Assembly (NCBI GenBank): GCA_030670545.1
Contig: DAOVBM010000001.1
Span: 17,932-81,931, forward strand
Direction: 5' to 3'
Length of the DNA: 64,000 nucleotides
From: Candidatus Woesearchaeota archaeon
GTDB lineage: Archaea; Nanobdellota; Nanobdellia; Woesearchaeales; JAGLGH01
Each line of letters begins with the position of its first letter. The first letter of the stretch is position 1. Position numbers and translations under genes: made by a program. This document shows positions 11,901-18,577 of the stretch, in pieces. The notes below the pieces were generated by a model, which worked only from the letters and a program-made list of their open reading frames with translations, did not search any database and was not told the DNA's origin.

Positions 11901-12957
11901 TTATGAATTCTTCAACATCCGAGTCTGAGATATAATCTTCTATAGTGATATTTTTGATGATATGATTTACTGGCTTGATGATGACCTTATGCTTTCCTGC
12001 ATGGAGATTTACTGCAGTCCTGTTTTTCACTTTCGTTGCTTTAAATTGATTATCCTTGTCTGCCTGTCCCCCCTCTAAGCTTATGCTCTCTTCAATATTT
12101 CCTGATGTATCATAAAATTCAATATGCGCTTCTATATCATTACCTGCTGCATCTTTTATTGTAGCATTGAATGTTATATTCATGCCTGTGATGTTTAAAG
12201 CAGCAAACTCACTCAAATTAAAGATTACTGATCTATCCTCCTGAACTGCATCAGAATCAACTATAAAGGATAGATGAAGTTTAAGGATATGGACATACAG
12301 GCCTGCAACATCATCTTCCTGGATAAGCAGCAATTCTGAAATGGGTTTCATTAGCGTAGGAAGCAGGAATTTAATAGCAGCCTTATCACTGTAATATATT
12401 TCTGAATATATATCTGTATGATCTAGGCTGTAATCGACATAAAGCAGTCTTGCAGAAATGCTATTGTTCTTAGCTATTCCATATTTACTTTCAAAAATAT
12501 ATACGTCATTATCCCATTTATCATTGGAAGGCGCAAAGTCAATAAATTCACAGCATTTTGCTGAGCCATGGCAGAATGATGTTGTGATTTCATTATCAAA
12601 AGAATAAATCTCCCAGACAGAGCAGAGGTTGGAATAGTTAAGGCGGGGTATGACAATGCTGTCATTGATAGAAAATCCAATAACCCCTGCTCTTTCCAGA
12701 TCTGAGAGATTCGAAAGAATATGAAGATCTATTTGAAGTTCAGGATCAGTATTTTTATCAGAAAATGTGAAGCAAGCAAAGCATATAAGTATAATAATGC
12801 AGCATATAAGAAATAATAAATTCTTTAAATCAATCTTAGAATCCCTGAATGCTATAAGCTTATAAATCTTATAGCTATAATTATGTTTGCTGCATAATTT
12901 TAAATGCATTGTCATGGCCTGCCTATAATAAAGTTTTATCGCCTTAAACGTATACAT
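1324..12957 (-). CDS. Giant secreted/surface repeat protein, 3877 aa. It has an N-terminal hydrophobic anchor/signal, about 25 tandem ~95-aa beta-rich repeats (consensus ...TINISVNDTEVEYGIESVSIDFNASDQFLDSVIANVTYPNGTLLQQLTNQS...LGRYNITVFANDTSGNTNT...), and a ~440-aa module duplicated internally. N-x-S/T sequons are extremely dense, which fits a heavily N-glycosylated archaeal cell-surface or adhesin-like protein.
   Basis: Single uninterrupted ORF of 11.6 kb. The N-terminal residues 47-63 (LLFLICCIIILICFACF) are hydrophobic. The repeat periodicity is visible at both the protein and nucleotide level. Confidence 0.85.
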   Translation of the reverse strand: MYTFKAIKLYYRQAMTMHLKLCSKHNYSYKIYKLIAFRDSKIDLKNLLFLICCIIILICFACFTFSDKNTDPELQIDLHILSNLSDLERAGVIGFSINDSIVIPRLNYSNLCSVWEIYSFDNEITTSFCHGSAKCCEFIDFAPSNDKWDNDVYIFESKYGIAKNNSISARLLYVDYSLDHTDIYSEIYYSDKAAIKFLLPTLMKPISELLLIQEDDVAGLYVHILKLHLSFIVDSDAVQEDRSVIFNLSEFAALNITGMNITFNATIKDAAGNDIEAHIEFYDTSGNIEESISLEGGQADKDNQFKATKVKNRTAVNLHAGKHKVIIKPVNHIIKNITIEDYISDSDVEEFIKMEELNISEHEELGSYVQAYAIDPTAMNFTTANVTVIAKGTTLYKCREWNFSEQECYGEWNLFKTGLVPGQEYTFELTPDDPAFGEVNESTYYLFNASDSQYPAYHQMKNESVGITGYTSAPLDLSVPGVVCFPEKWIAPNWTTQTIVNGTWNFSIFGDCSASNPDAFLFAKILKYNGTEYNPFNTTTATSNICAAADFNNWGDNVPYSDDLNLSSGERVGVQFCVNITGAAAKFAYIQWENTEYSYVKFPSASLIIDNELPQITLLGPSDNYTTGPTDIDFTFKAVDISAPLNCSIYIDDVLNQTNESTSSDTTTLFTVPGLSIGNHSWFINCTDTEDNSNISETRNFTITAGLPTAQITYPSSGLNISDPSPLITFVLTDDTTPDINYTIFVNDTANGQNGTVTNGSSTNLSISPALDIGDYTITVQATDDDGNSVNSTPITITIVPPLVYLVSPENNYADKDGDINFTFYVVDPAHDNLNCSLYINDILNQTNSSTNESINTTFEVSGIAEGTNQTWKVECIDPAETAASNQRTFTVDKTKPSIELNSPDNDYTTNETVVYFNWTATDNIDTILLCNLTIDGIVNMSDYYSPNGSAVSHDVQGFADGSHSWNVTCWDDATNANTSETRNFSVDTLAPTINITYPVNGSTYYELNLTLNWTFTEDYPNKCWYNLNNNATNTTIADCSDLYANFTAIDSAWNNITMWINDTSNNMNQDNVTFYAMAQTAPNITNVTITPKYNSIYVSTLNDMHCNYTYNDTQGDPDQSTIAWYKNNVLTSFTGATVQYQNTSLAEQWICEVTPYDGIIYGSPINSSYAEIGTERTNITVSDNATIYVGPEPNNYYTIWAYYTDEDDNAILGASCSTDGTPDVTLSDGDNDGNYTHNYQSSVTGPKTHTFICSKTNYQTQNTLIRTVTVLNHPTNLEGGQNATDIGYGSHVNFTANYTDANTSALLTGAACNVSLAGYGTFDMTETGAITYEVIVQFTQPGEFTPFVSCSKEYYQTASDTLDIVNSTDTVYPLINISVNDTDAEYGIESVSIDFNASDQFLDSVIANVTYPNGTLLGQFTNQSEDIILVPANLTLLGRYNITVFANDTSNNVNTSTAYFNVNDTVPPTINISVNDTEVEYGIESVLIDFNASNVGIDLVMANVTYPNGILLQQLTDQAIDFVFESANLTALGRYNITVFANDTSGNTNTTASFFYVNDTTRPSVFDLIPTADSHFNVSDIIEIAANVTDFFAVANVSANITYPNGTSELVELSNAAGDKYNNSFTAPFLLGRYNMTFTANDTSNNINDTEETYFYVRGNTSIFGVDFDTTNFSFASSDYVIGVLKLFNTSRPSVNLSFFSSMNIKKLTGLGANDVWVRIKVDNIAKLEEKLRTVEDIDDEGSTGTKPFLINVSSGEHNITIEFKRTGNGSIDVNDIDMLLGKFETTMGELVRIQLTNDSYNHSSASFVPAFNWTITKSYAAPTYFMTKQTVQGNASSATVDYYFEDLGTNEISPFWRRYLSSPSDIGSVSGVYIETGDVGTHNHTIQSKTSAGTVTVDFALAEFDLKDNNLNLIDNFQVSNPLTNLTSSQNYSAGLHNLVNKTVTIQNGTQYFISMSSSFGTASGNQTPIYFINSSDVPESLCYSKKERYLSSDLDIGNAFIYMVCKNLTVGNSYTFNLWLEVASGETVEQFDESLNGFELSQLDIVSVNVAPITNEITNPAQGDHESGIINITWSAFSDPNGDPVTYNVSLFNSDDSFNQTINTSTSLTNQLFNSSTVPDGDWMIYVEGCDDGDLCSNSSTNFTIDNTLPTINISVNNTEIEYCAESVSIDFNASDQFLDSVIANVTYPNGTLLQQLTNQSVDFEFESANLTALGRYNITVFANDTSGNTNTTASFFYVNDTITPTINISVNDTDVEYGVESVNIDFNASDTCLDSVIANVTYPNGTLLQQLTNQSIDFEFEPANLTALGRYNITVFANDTAGFSNTTTSYFNVNDTIAPTINISVNDTEVEYGIESVSIDFNASDQFLDSTTANVTYPNGTLLGQFTNQSEDIILVPANLTLLGRYNITVLANDTSSNTNTSTSFFNVNDTTAPTWDQTPQNQVTEYNESFSYDVNASDNYLVDKYFINDTNNFAINSSSGLITNATTLTPVIYYLNISVNDTSNNINSTAIQITVQDNIDPVLNITYPINNSTYYSLNLTLNWTYTEDYPDKCWYNLNNNATNTSISDCSSLYVNFTAIESAWNNITMWINDTSNNIDEKDVTFYVRTQTAPNVTNVTISPTYDGANVSTLNNMTCNYTYNDTEGDPDQSTIAWYRNDTLTSFTGATVSYQNTSIGDQWLCEVTPYDSISYGVPVNSSDVEINVEPANLSVSANATIYAGPAPNNNYIIWAYYTDEDDNPILGANCSISGSPSSILPDLPVEDGNYSKNFNWTILGAKTHTFNCSKENYQRLDTISRTVTVINHPTKVVGEENTSTIELGDSVLITANYTDTDTNISISGANCDVDIPGMGTYDMDETNVSVYQVVINFNQTGQYSPQILCSKEYYEGANVFINTINTSDTTPPDITLIAPVNGTYNGNITFSFNASDLSNEIYSCLVYLNSTFNVSNQSSVVTNGTNYINLTDRQNETFLWHIECTDANNITGYSDNRTISIDNLAPGVILSSPPNATTILNSSVEFICNATENMAALTNITLYHNISGSFAANETDTVSGLSNSSTFSLTGIADGSYIWNCLAYDSLGNSGWDDNNFTITIEAEPPEINISINDSYLQSGVESVSIDFNASDLDLDSVIANVTYPNGTLLQELTNQSVDFIFAPANLTAVGRYNITVFANDTFGNANISASGFDVFVFKWYDNRTYPSGIVYYIPDNSYQFNISWNLTADTVYFEHNFTGTLQNYSATGNESQEFYYNYTNIQPGSYIWRSYANDTNSTWYTSEQWTYDIIPLANYTLNGTLVDGDGNFLNASFMIYNSTGHLVYSSNESYDFNFSGTEEYDMQVTAMYDPTIDNYWIRGLFNNTNMTDTIMGGYNASLAHSIIDPSGLNYDSLVIEKKPVSTENQIFFKCDGTYNLSNYTCLGVWRPWFNIKSSDYANYTFSPGDPALSEGNGTFFEDFESGNLSTNNWTTSGAGVAWFIASTSPFAGIYNAEAENTVGESIVETNISTWGYINISFSFYANTERLDAGEYIAADWYNGTAWINVLSIEDITDYTLYSYNLTSNADNNHDLKIRFRCLSSSNNEICQIDNAYVTGTVVDVDSPTINISVNGTDVEYSVESVSIDFNASDPNLDSVITNVTYPNGTLLQELTDQSIDFIFVPANLTAIGRYNITVFANDTAGNTNTSTSYFNVNDTIAPIINISVNDTDVEYGVESIQIDFNASNGLLDSVIANVTYPNGTLLQQLTNQSVDFLLVPANLTAIGRYNITVFANDTSGNINTSTAYFNVNDTIAPTINISLNDTDVEYGVESIQIDFNVSNVGLDSVIANVTYPNGTLLGQFTDQSQDIILVPANLTALGRYNITVFANDTSGNTNTSTSM

Positions 12958-13090
12958 TTAAACCAAAGAACAGCGTATATATAGCTTAGGTTAAATAATT
13001 AATTAGAAAAAGGAAGAATAGTTTATTGTATACTAGCCACAGGATTAAAAAGAGGATAGATATTCATTTGCAGGAGGTTATTCTTGTGAA

Positions 13091-13498
13091 CTATTTTTTC
13101 TTCTGCTTCTTCTTTTTCATCTTCTTTGTTATGTCTATGTTTGCTCCACAGCTCTTGCAATTGAATCTGATAGTCTTGACTCCATCAATAGTCTTCATCT
13201 TGAAAGGCGCTTCTGCTTCTCCCTCTGATTTGCATTCAGGGCATGTATATTCACAGTATGCTGTAAGCCCTGCTTCATATTCCTGTTTTTCTACAGTGTA
13301 TCCGCACTCAGGGCATACATATTCTTTTGCCCTTATCTTTACCTTGCCTGTTTTTGCGTCAACAGGCTTGCCCATCTTAGCTTTATGGCACTCAGGGCAT
13401 TCCTGCTTAAATACCCATATCATTGCGCTGCCCTCTCCAACATCACGGTTGCTGAAATATACGCATTCTGCTGTAGATTCCGGTTTTTTGTAAGTCAT
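13091..13498 (-). CDS. Zinc-ribbon protein with four CxxC pairs (CPEC, CPEC, CPEC, CKSC) and a Lys-rich C-terminal tail.
   Basis: Cys spacing in the ORF translation. The true start may be the internal Met in MIWVFKQECPEC. Confidence 0.55.
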   Translation of the reverse strand: MTYKKPESTAECVYFSNRDVGEGSAMIWVFKQECPECHKAKMGKPVDAKTGKVKIRAKEYVCPECGYTVEKQEYEAGLTAYCEYTCPECKSEGEAEAPFKMKTIDGVKTIRFNCKSCGANIDITKKMKKKKQKKK

Positions 13499-13532
13499 AA
13501 TGTTTCACCTTCTTAATTTTTTAGTTTTTGTT

Positions 13533-13645
13533 TAGCATCATAAAGTCAAAATTCCTTCTATAACCCCTCCAGCTCGTCGCGGGGGGTTGTCCCTTACGGG
13601 GACGCAGAGCTTGCGTTAACCCTTTGAGAATTTTGAAGATGCTAA
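13533..13645. repeat. R1 MITE-like element copy. It has a degenerate 5' end, a GC-rich hairpin core (gctcgtcgcggggggttgtcccttacggggacgcagagc) and the ttttgaagatgct arm.
   Basis: Alignment with the copies at 19872-20040 and 60435-60610. It overlaps the last codons of the gene at 13616..14464. Confidence 0.65.
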
Positions 13646-14464
13646 ATCAATAAATTCTTTATATGTATCATCAGTAAATAATCTCTTTATCTCAATGCTG
13701 ACAGCATTGCAGTCTACCCTTATATATCTGGGGCAGATAGTGTATTCAAGATTGTTTGAATGGCAGTAGTTTATAACTTTTTCTTTTTCTTCATCATTGC
13801 TGAAGCAAACTGCTATGTTTATGCCTTCTTTGCCTGGATGGATAATCTTATACCCCTCAAGGTCTTTTATTATCATGCTGCGTATGTCTCTAATCTTTTG
13901 CAGTCTCTCATCCAATGTTTTCAGCCTTTCAGCCAGACTCTTGTCTGTAGCAATCTCTTCTATCACAATTATGCCAAAATAATTCTTGTCTTTTACTCCT
14001 ATGAATGCTCCTTCTCCATAACTTACAGGCTTGTCTTTGCCAAAAGAGCATACGACAATATCTCCATACTTTGCATTATCTGTTCCAATTGAGCCTGTAA
14101 TGTCATTTATAATAAGACATCCTTTATCCATGCATATTTTTTCAACTGCCTGCATATCCTCAAGAGCAAGATAGCCAGGCATTGAATTTATAAGAAGAAC
14201 AGAATCATTATCTGCTTTTGAAAAAAGTTCATCTTTGTCTGTTATGCCAAAATCTGTCTTCAGCTCGACTGTATCCATCTTCATGCGAAAGGGATACTGT
14301 CTATAGGTTATCCAGCCGCCCTGATCCTGTATAATGACCTTTGTCCTGCCTAAAGCCTTTGCTATCCTTAATGCATAAAGGATTGCTTTGTTTCCTCTTT
14401 TGACAAGTTTTATGTCCGCGCATCCTGTAAGTTTCAGTAGCTTATCCTTAATTTCTTCCAACAT
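13616..14464 (-). CDS. Short PLP-dependent-enzyme-like protein. It has fold-type-I / DegT-ArnB-like motifs: GCADIKLVKRGNKAILYALRIAKALG and a candidate PLP-lysine in CSFGKDKPVSYGEGAFIG.
   Basis: Motif resemblance only. At 282 aa it is shorter than canonical family members. Confidence 0.35.
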   Translation of the reverse strand: MLEEIKDKLLKLTGCADIKLVKRGNKAILYALRIAKALGRTKVIIQDQGGWITYRQYPFRMKMDTVELKTDFGITDKDELFSKADNDSVLLINSMPGYLALEDMQAVEKICMDKGCLIINDITGSIGTDNAKYGDIVVCSFGKDKPVSYGEGAFIGVKDKNYFGIIVIEEIATDKSLAERLKTLDERLQKIRDIRSMIIKDLEGYKIIHPGKEGINIAVCFSNDEEKEKVINYCHSNNLEYTICPRYIRVDCNAVSIEIKRLFTDDTYKEFIDLASSKFSKG

Positions 14465-14471
14465 ATAGTAT

Positions 14472-15020
14472 ATGAAATGGTTAGGATTTATAAATCTTAA
14501 GAATAATCCACATATTATGAGCTATTATGATGACATTGCAAAAGGGTATGATGAGCTTTATAGAGAAGAGCAGCTAAAGAAACTTAATCTTATAAGAGAG
14601 AAACTTAAGGAATTTGGGATAGATATCACAAGAGACACAAAACTTCTTGATGTCGGATGCGGAACAGGCATCTCGACTGATTTCTGGAACTGCGATGCAG
14701 CAGGGATTGATCCTTCAGAATGCCTTTTGGACCAAAACAAAGGGAAGAAGTCAAGATTGATTAAGGCTTATGCAGAGGATATCCCTTTTCCTGATAATAG
14801 TTTTGATATTGTGATAAGCATAACTTCAATCCAGAACTTTTGCGATATTGAAAAAGGGCTGCAGGAAATCAAAAGAGTCGGCAGGAATTATTTTGCATTG
14901 AGTTTTTTGAAGAACTCTGAGAAAGCAGGGATGATAAAAGAATTGATTGAAAAGATATTTGATGTTAAGGAAATAGTTGAAGAAGAGAAGGATTTGATTG
15001 TGTTTGCACTTAAAAAATAA
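14472..15020 (+). CDS. Class I SAM-dependent methyltransferase with motif I LDVGCGTGIS.
   Basis: Glycine-rich motif I and the downstream acidic motif. The start may instead be Met at 14517 (MSYYDD). Confidence 0.75.
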   Translation: MKWLGFINLKNNPHIMSYYDDIAKGYDELYREEQLKKLNLIREKLKEFGIDITRDTKLLDVGCGTGISTDFWNCDAAGIDPSECLLDQNKGKKSRLIKAYAEDIPFPDNSFDIVISITSIQNFCDIEKGLQEIKRVGRNYFALSFLKNSEKAGMIKELIEKIFDVKEIVEEEKDLIVFALKK

Positions 15021-15158
15021 TGATTATATAGATCTTCAAAATAAATTATATTGCCCAAAATTTATGAATATAAAGAATTGTGCGAAATTATTCTGCCACC
15101 ATAGAAAAGCTTATATACTATAAAGTATTCTTTCGTATTTATACGTACGGAGGTTCAA

Positions 15159-15395
15159 ATGAGTCTAAAACAAATTAGCTTAAGTATGCCTGAAAAACTA
15201 TTTAGAGCATCAAAAGAATATACCCAAGAGTGTGGTTACAAAAATATACAAGAGTTTATTTTGGAACTTCTTAGGAAGAGAGTAATCCTTAATAGGGTAG
15301 AAAGATACAGCAAGATTGAAGCCCAGATGAAATCTGGTAAAAATGTAAAAAAGTTTAGTCAGGCTGAGGCTATGAAATATCTGAAGGGATTATAA
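15159..15395 (+). CDS. Putative antitoxin with a ribbon-helix-helix-like N-terminus, sitting upstream of a RelE/ParE toxin.
   Basis: 78 aa, with a 2-nt gap to the toxin ORF. A GGAGGT Shine-Dalgarno lies 7 nt before the ATG, and a palindromic TATA region (cgtatttatacgtacg) sits upstream. Confidence 0.55.
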   Translation: MSLKQISLSMPEKLFRASKEYTQECGYKNIQEFILELLRKRVILNRVERYSKIEAQMKSGKNVKKFSQAEAMKYLKGL

Positions 15396-15396
15396 T

Positions 15397-15651
15397 ATGG
15401 GTTATATTATTGAATTCAGTTTACAATTTGAAAGATCTATGAAAAAACTGAAGAAAAAAAATAAAGTTCTTTTTGAGCAAATACAGAAGAAATTGATGGA
15501 TATTGTGAGACAACCCGAACACCATAAACCACTAAGAAATGTAATGGCTGGATATAGAAGAATTCATTTTGGCTCATTTGTTTTGATTTATAAAGTTGAA
15601 GATAAAGTAGTAAGAATAATTTCTTTGAATCATCACGATAAGGCTTATTAA
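15397..15651 (+). CDS. relE: RelE/ParE-family toxin of a type II toxin-antitoxin system.
   Basis: Matches the family pattern: IEFS...LKKL near the N-terminus and ...GYRRIHFGSFVLIYKVEDKVVRIISLNHHDKAY at the C-terminus. Confidence 0.7.
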   Translation: MGYIIEFSLQFERSMKKLKKKNKVLFEQIQKKLMDIVRQPEHHKPLRNVMAGYRRIHFGSFVLIYKVEDKVVRIISLNHHDKAY

Positions 15652-15788
15652 TCTTATATCTCTTAAATAAATACAAGAACTTTTGCAGAAAAGTATGGAA
15701 TCACTTGCAAAGAAATATAGCCCAAAGCGAGTTGAAAGATTAAAGATTTCATAATATATCCTTCTCTAGGCTTGGGATGCAAAAATAA

Positions 15789-16148
15789 TTAAGCATATGC
15801 TAATGCAGGACTAGATTCCCTTATGTTGGGAATAGGTATGACTGGAGATATTTCTCTGGATTCGCCCAATAAGAAAATCTTTATCATGAGGATATTGTTG
15901 TGGGGTTTAACATCAATTTTACAATTGTTTAGATGAAACAATAATCTTTTGATAGTATTTGTATCTTCATTGATAATCTCGCTAATTAATTTAGAAGCAT
16001 TCATTATCTGGATACCTACAAGTTCCTTTTTATTATTATAATCAAAAACCAAATCACCTAATTCGATACTTCCTTTTGATTTAGACTTAGGTCTAAATAA
16101 AAATAGATTATCATATTCTTTATCATAGCTAAAATTAAATTTTCGCAT
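15789..16148 (-). CDS. DUF2283-family protein (YDKEYDNLFLF...GSIELGDLVFDYNNKKELVGIQIMNAS).
   Basis: The N-terminal 55 aa match the DUF2283 consensus. Confidence 0.5.
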   Translation of the reverse strand: MRKFNFSYDKEYDNLFLFRPKSKSKGSIELGDLVFDYNNKKELVGIQIMNASKLISEIINEDTNTIKRLLFHLNNCKIDVKPHNNILMIKIFLLGESREISPVIPIPNIRESSPALAYA

Positions 16149-16300
16149 TTGTTTTAAATAAAGATTCCTCTTTTCTTTAAATAATCTTGCAAAAGTTGGG
16201 TTTGATTTTTAGTTCTTTTAGAAATCGCGATTATATCTCATATAGATAATCAAACCACCAATCAGTAAATTATAAATACTAGTGTAATTAAAGTTGTCCT

Positions 16301-16810
16301 ATGTCAGAACTTACAGGCCCAAGCCAGGCTGTTCTTGTCACAACAAGGGCTGTCATCGAAGATAAATTCTCAACAAAAAAGATTACAAAGGATAATATAA
16401 TCACAATCGCATGGCACATGAATACATCATCCAGCCCGCAACTGTATGCAATATCTGTAGGAAAGACAAGATATTCGTACAAGATGATAAGCTCAAGCAG
16501 GGTTTTTGCAGTGAATTTCATGCCATATGATCTCAAAGAAAAGACAATCAAATGCGGCAGAGTATCTGGTGAGCATATTGATAAATTCAGAGAAGCAGGG
16601 CTTACAAAGATAGAGGCTGATAAGATTGACTGCTTATTGATCGGAGAAGCATTAGGATATCTTGAATGCGAGGTCATCAATGAGATAGAGGCAGGAGACC
16701 ATGTGATATTCATTGGCCATGTCCTCAGGTCAGAATTAAAAGAGCAGGACCACAGGTTATATCATATAACAGGGGACAAATTCACAACAACAAAAAGATT
16801 AGAATCTTGA
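16301..16810 (+). CDS. Flavin reductase-like protein with an FMN-binding split-barrel domain.
   Basis: VTTRA...NIITIAWHM...FAVNF...HIDKFREAGL...LECEV...GDHVIFIGHV pattern. Confidence 0.6.
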   Translation: MSELTGPSQAVLVTTRAVIEDKFSTKKITKDNIITIAWHMNTSSSPQLYAISVGKTRYSYKMISSSRVFAVNFMPYDLKEKTIKCGRVSGEHIDKFREAGLTKIEADKIDCLLIGEALGYLECEVINEIEAGDHVIFIGHVLRSELKEQDHRLYHITGDKFTTTKRLES

Positions 16811-16816
16811 TAGGAG

Positions 16817-17833
16817 GTGGGGCATATGACTCCAGAACAGGCAGCAAAAGTAAAAGAACTTGCTGAAACACTAAAGAACAGCGGACTTGCTGCAAGCACA
16901 TTGCAGGCAGTTGAAAGAGCAAAGGATATTATTGGGATTCCTGATGAGAATAATGAGCTTCTTGAAAAAGAGCTTGGCTTGAAAAAAGAAGAAGCAAAGG
17001 AAATAGAGAAGCAGATTGAAGATCTCAAGGAAGAGCCAGATCCAGAAGCAGCTGGACAAGTGCAGAAATGGGAAGAAGAGTTGAAAGAAGATGTTGGAGA
17101 GTTGGAAGAGCAGAAAGAGAATATAGATACAGTTGAGGAAACTGCTGCAGAAGAAACTGAAAGCGAAGAAGATACAACCGAAGCAGAAGAAGAGACAGAA
17201 GAGACAGAAGAGACTGAAGAGACTGAAGAACAACCCGAGGAAGAAGATACAACAGAAACTGAGGAAGAAACTGAAGAGGAAGTAGAAGAACAGCCTCAGG
17301 AAGAAGATACAACCGAAACAGAAGAAGAGACTGAAGAGGAAGTAGAAGAACAGCCCGAGGAAGAAGATACAACCGAAACAGAGGAAGAAACAGAAGAGGA
17401 AGTAGAAGAGCAGCCTCAGGAAGAAGATACAACCGAAACAGAGGATGAGACTGAAGAGGAAGTAGAAGAACAACCAGAGGAAGAAGATACAACCGAAACA
17501 GAAGAAGAGAGAGAAGAGGAAGTAGAAGAACGACCAGATGAAGAAGAAACACCTGCTGCACAAGAAGAATTAGATGAGTATGAGAGAGAATTCCAAAAAG
17601 CTGAAGAAGGAACAAGAGAAATGGCAGAAGAGTTAGAAGAAACACAGCAAGAGGAAACTGAACAACAAGATGCGCCTAAAGAAAACAACAATGAAATCAT
17701 GACAAATTCTGATAAAATATTAAATCAGACTGAAGAGAATAGTCAGAATTATGACATATCCAATGATGTAAGGACTGTTGATGAGATATTTGCAGAACTA
17801 GATACCTCTGTCAGGAAAGATGAACCGCAGTAA
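16817..17833 (+). CDS. Highly acidic Glu/Thr-rich repeat protein of unknown function. The N-terminal ~90 aa are helical and the centre is a low-complexity E/T/D array.
   Basis: A strong Shine-Dalgarno (taggaggtgggg) lies 5 nt upstream of the ATG. There are five tandem 60-bp units. Confidence 0.6.
   Translation: MGHMTPEQAAKVKELAETLKNSGLAASTLQAVERAKDIIGIPDENNELLEKELGLKKEEAKEIEKQIEDLKEEPDPEAAGQVQKWEEELKEDVGELEEQKENIDTVEETAAEETESEEDTTEAEEETEETEETEETEEQPEEEDTTETEEETEEEVEEQPQEEDTTETEEETEEEVEEQPEEEDTTETEEETEEEVEEQPQEEDTTETEDETEEEVEEQPEEEDTTETEEEREEEVEERPDEEETPAAQEELDEYEREFQKAEEGTREMAEELEETQQEETEQQDAPKENNNEIMTNSDKILNQTEENSQNYDISNDVRTVDEIFAELDTSVRKDEPQ
17225..17530 (+). repeat. Five tandem 60-bp units encoding EEDTTETEEETEEEVEEQP(Q/E).
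   Basis: Near-identical 60-nt periodicity. Confidence 0.85.
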
Positions 17834-17926
17834 GGCATTCCAAAGATAAATGCTTATGACAAAAGCGTAAGGCTGGATGATGGAGAGAGCAACGAAAGCT
17901 CGTTTGATGATTTAGTAGACGAGTGA

Positions 17927-18577
17927 TTAATTATTTCTTATAAATTCAATTATTTTTTCTTTTTCCTGCAGGCTTTTAACAACAATATCAGCTTCTGCCA
18001 GATCTTTTTCAGGGAAGCTTGTCTCGACTGCAATGCATTTCATGCCTGCATTCTTTGCTGCCTTAACCCCAGTAAGAGAATCTTCAAACACAACGCATTG
18101 AGATGGCTCAACTCCCAGATGTTTAGCAGCTTTCAGGTAGATGTCAGGCTCTGGTTTGTGATTTTCTATGTCTTCCAGACCAAGAATCGCAGAGAAATAG
18201 GAATCAACAGAGAATCTCTTAAGGAGATGCATAACATTATTACGCCATTCGCTTGAACCTACTGCAAGCTTGTATCCATGGTCATGGAGAGCCTTAAGCA
18301 GCTCTTTGGCTCCCTTAAAAAGATTTAAGTCTGAAGTATAAAGTTTCTCTGTGATATCATGTTTCCTGTCCCTTAACTCAATGGGGTCAAGATCCAGACC
18401 TCTTGACTCATTAATATGCCTTATGAAGTCAGGCCCGATTCTGCCAATAAAAGGCATCCATTCCTTATATTCTATATCGACTCCGCATTCCTTAAGGACA
18501 TTTTTCCATATGTTGAAATGCATGGGTATGCTATCTGCAAGAACACCATCCACGTCAAAAATTGCTGCTTTTATCAT
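17927..18577 (-). CDS. HAD-superfamily hydrolase, beta-phosphoglucomutase/phosphatase-like.
   Basis: N-terminal motif I AIFDVDGVLADS and a C-terminal Asp motif. Confidence 0.8.
   Translation of the reverse strand: MIKAAIFDVDGVLADSIPMHFNIWKNVLKECGVDIEYKEWMPFIGRIGPDFIRHINESRGLDLDPIELRDRKHDITEKLYTSDLNLFKGAKELLKALHDHGYKLAVGSSEWRNNVMHLLKRFSVDSYFSAILGLEDIENHKPEPDIYLKAAKHLGVEPSQCVVFEDSLTGVKAAKNAGMKCIAVETSFPEKDLAEADIVVKSLQEKEKIIEFIRNN

Noticed and set aside
13026-13493. A 155-aa plus-strand ORF.
   Set aside because: It fully overlaps the Cys-patterned zinc-ribbon gene on the other strand and has low-complexity F/L-rich composition.
16871-17700. Long minus-strand ORFs (230, 206 and 94 aa), F/L/S-rich, overlapping the acidic repeat gene.
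   Set aside because: They are antisense reading frames of a GAA/GAG-rich repeat. They are low complexity and have no start context.
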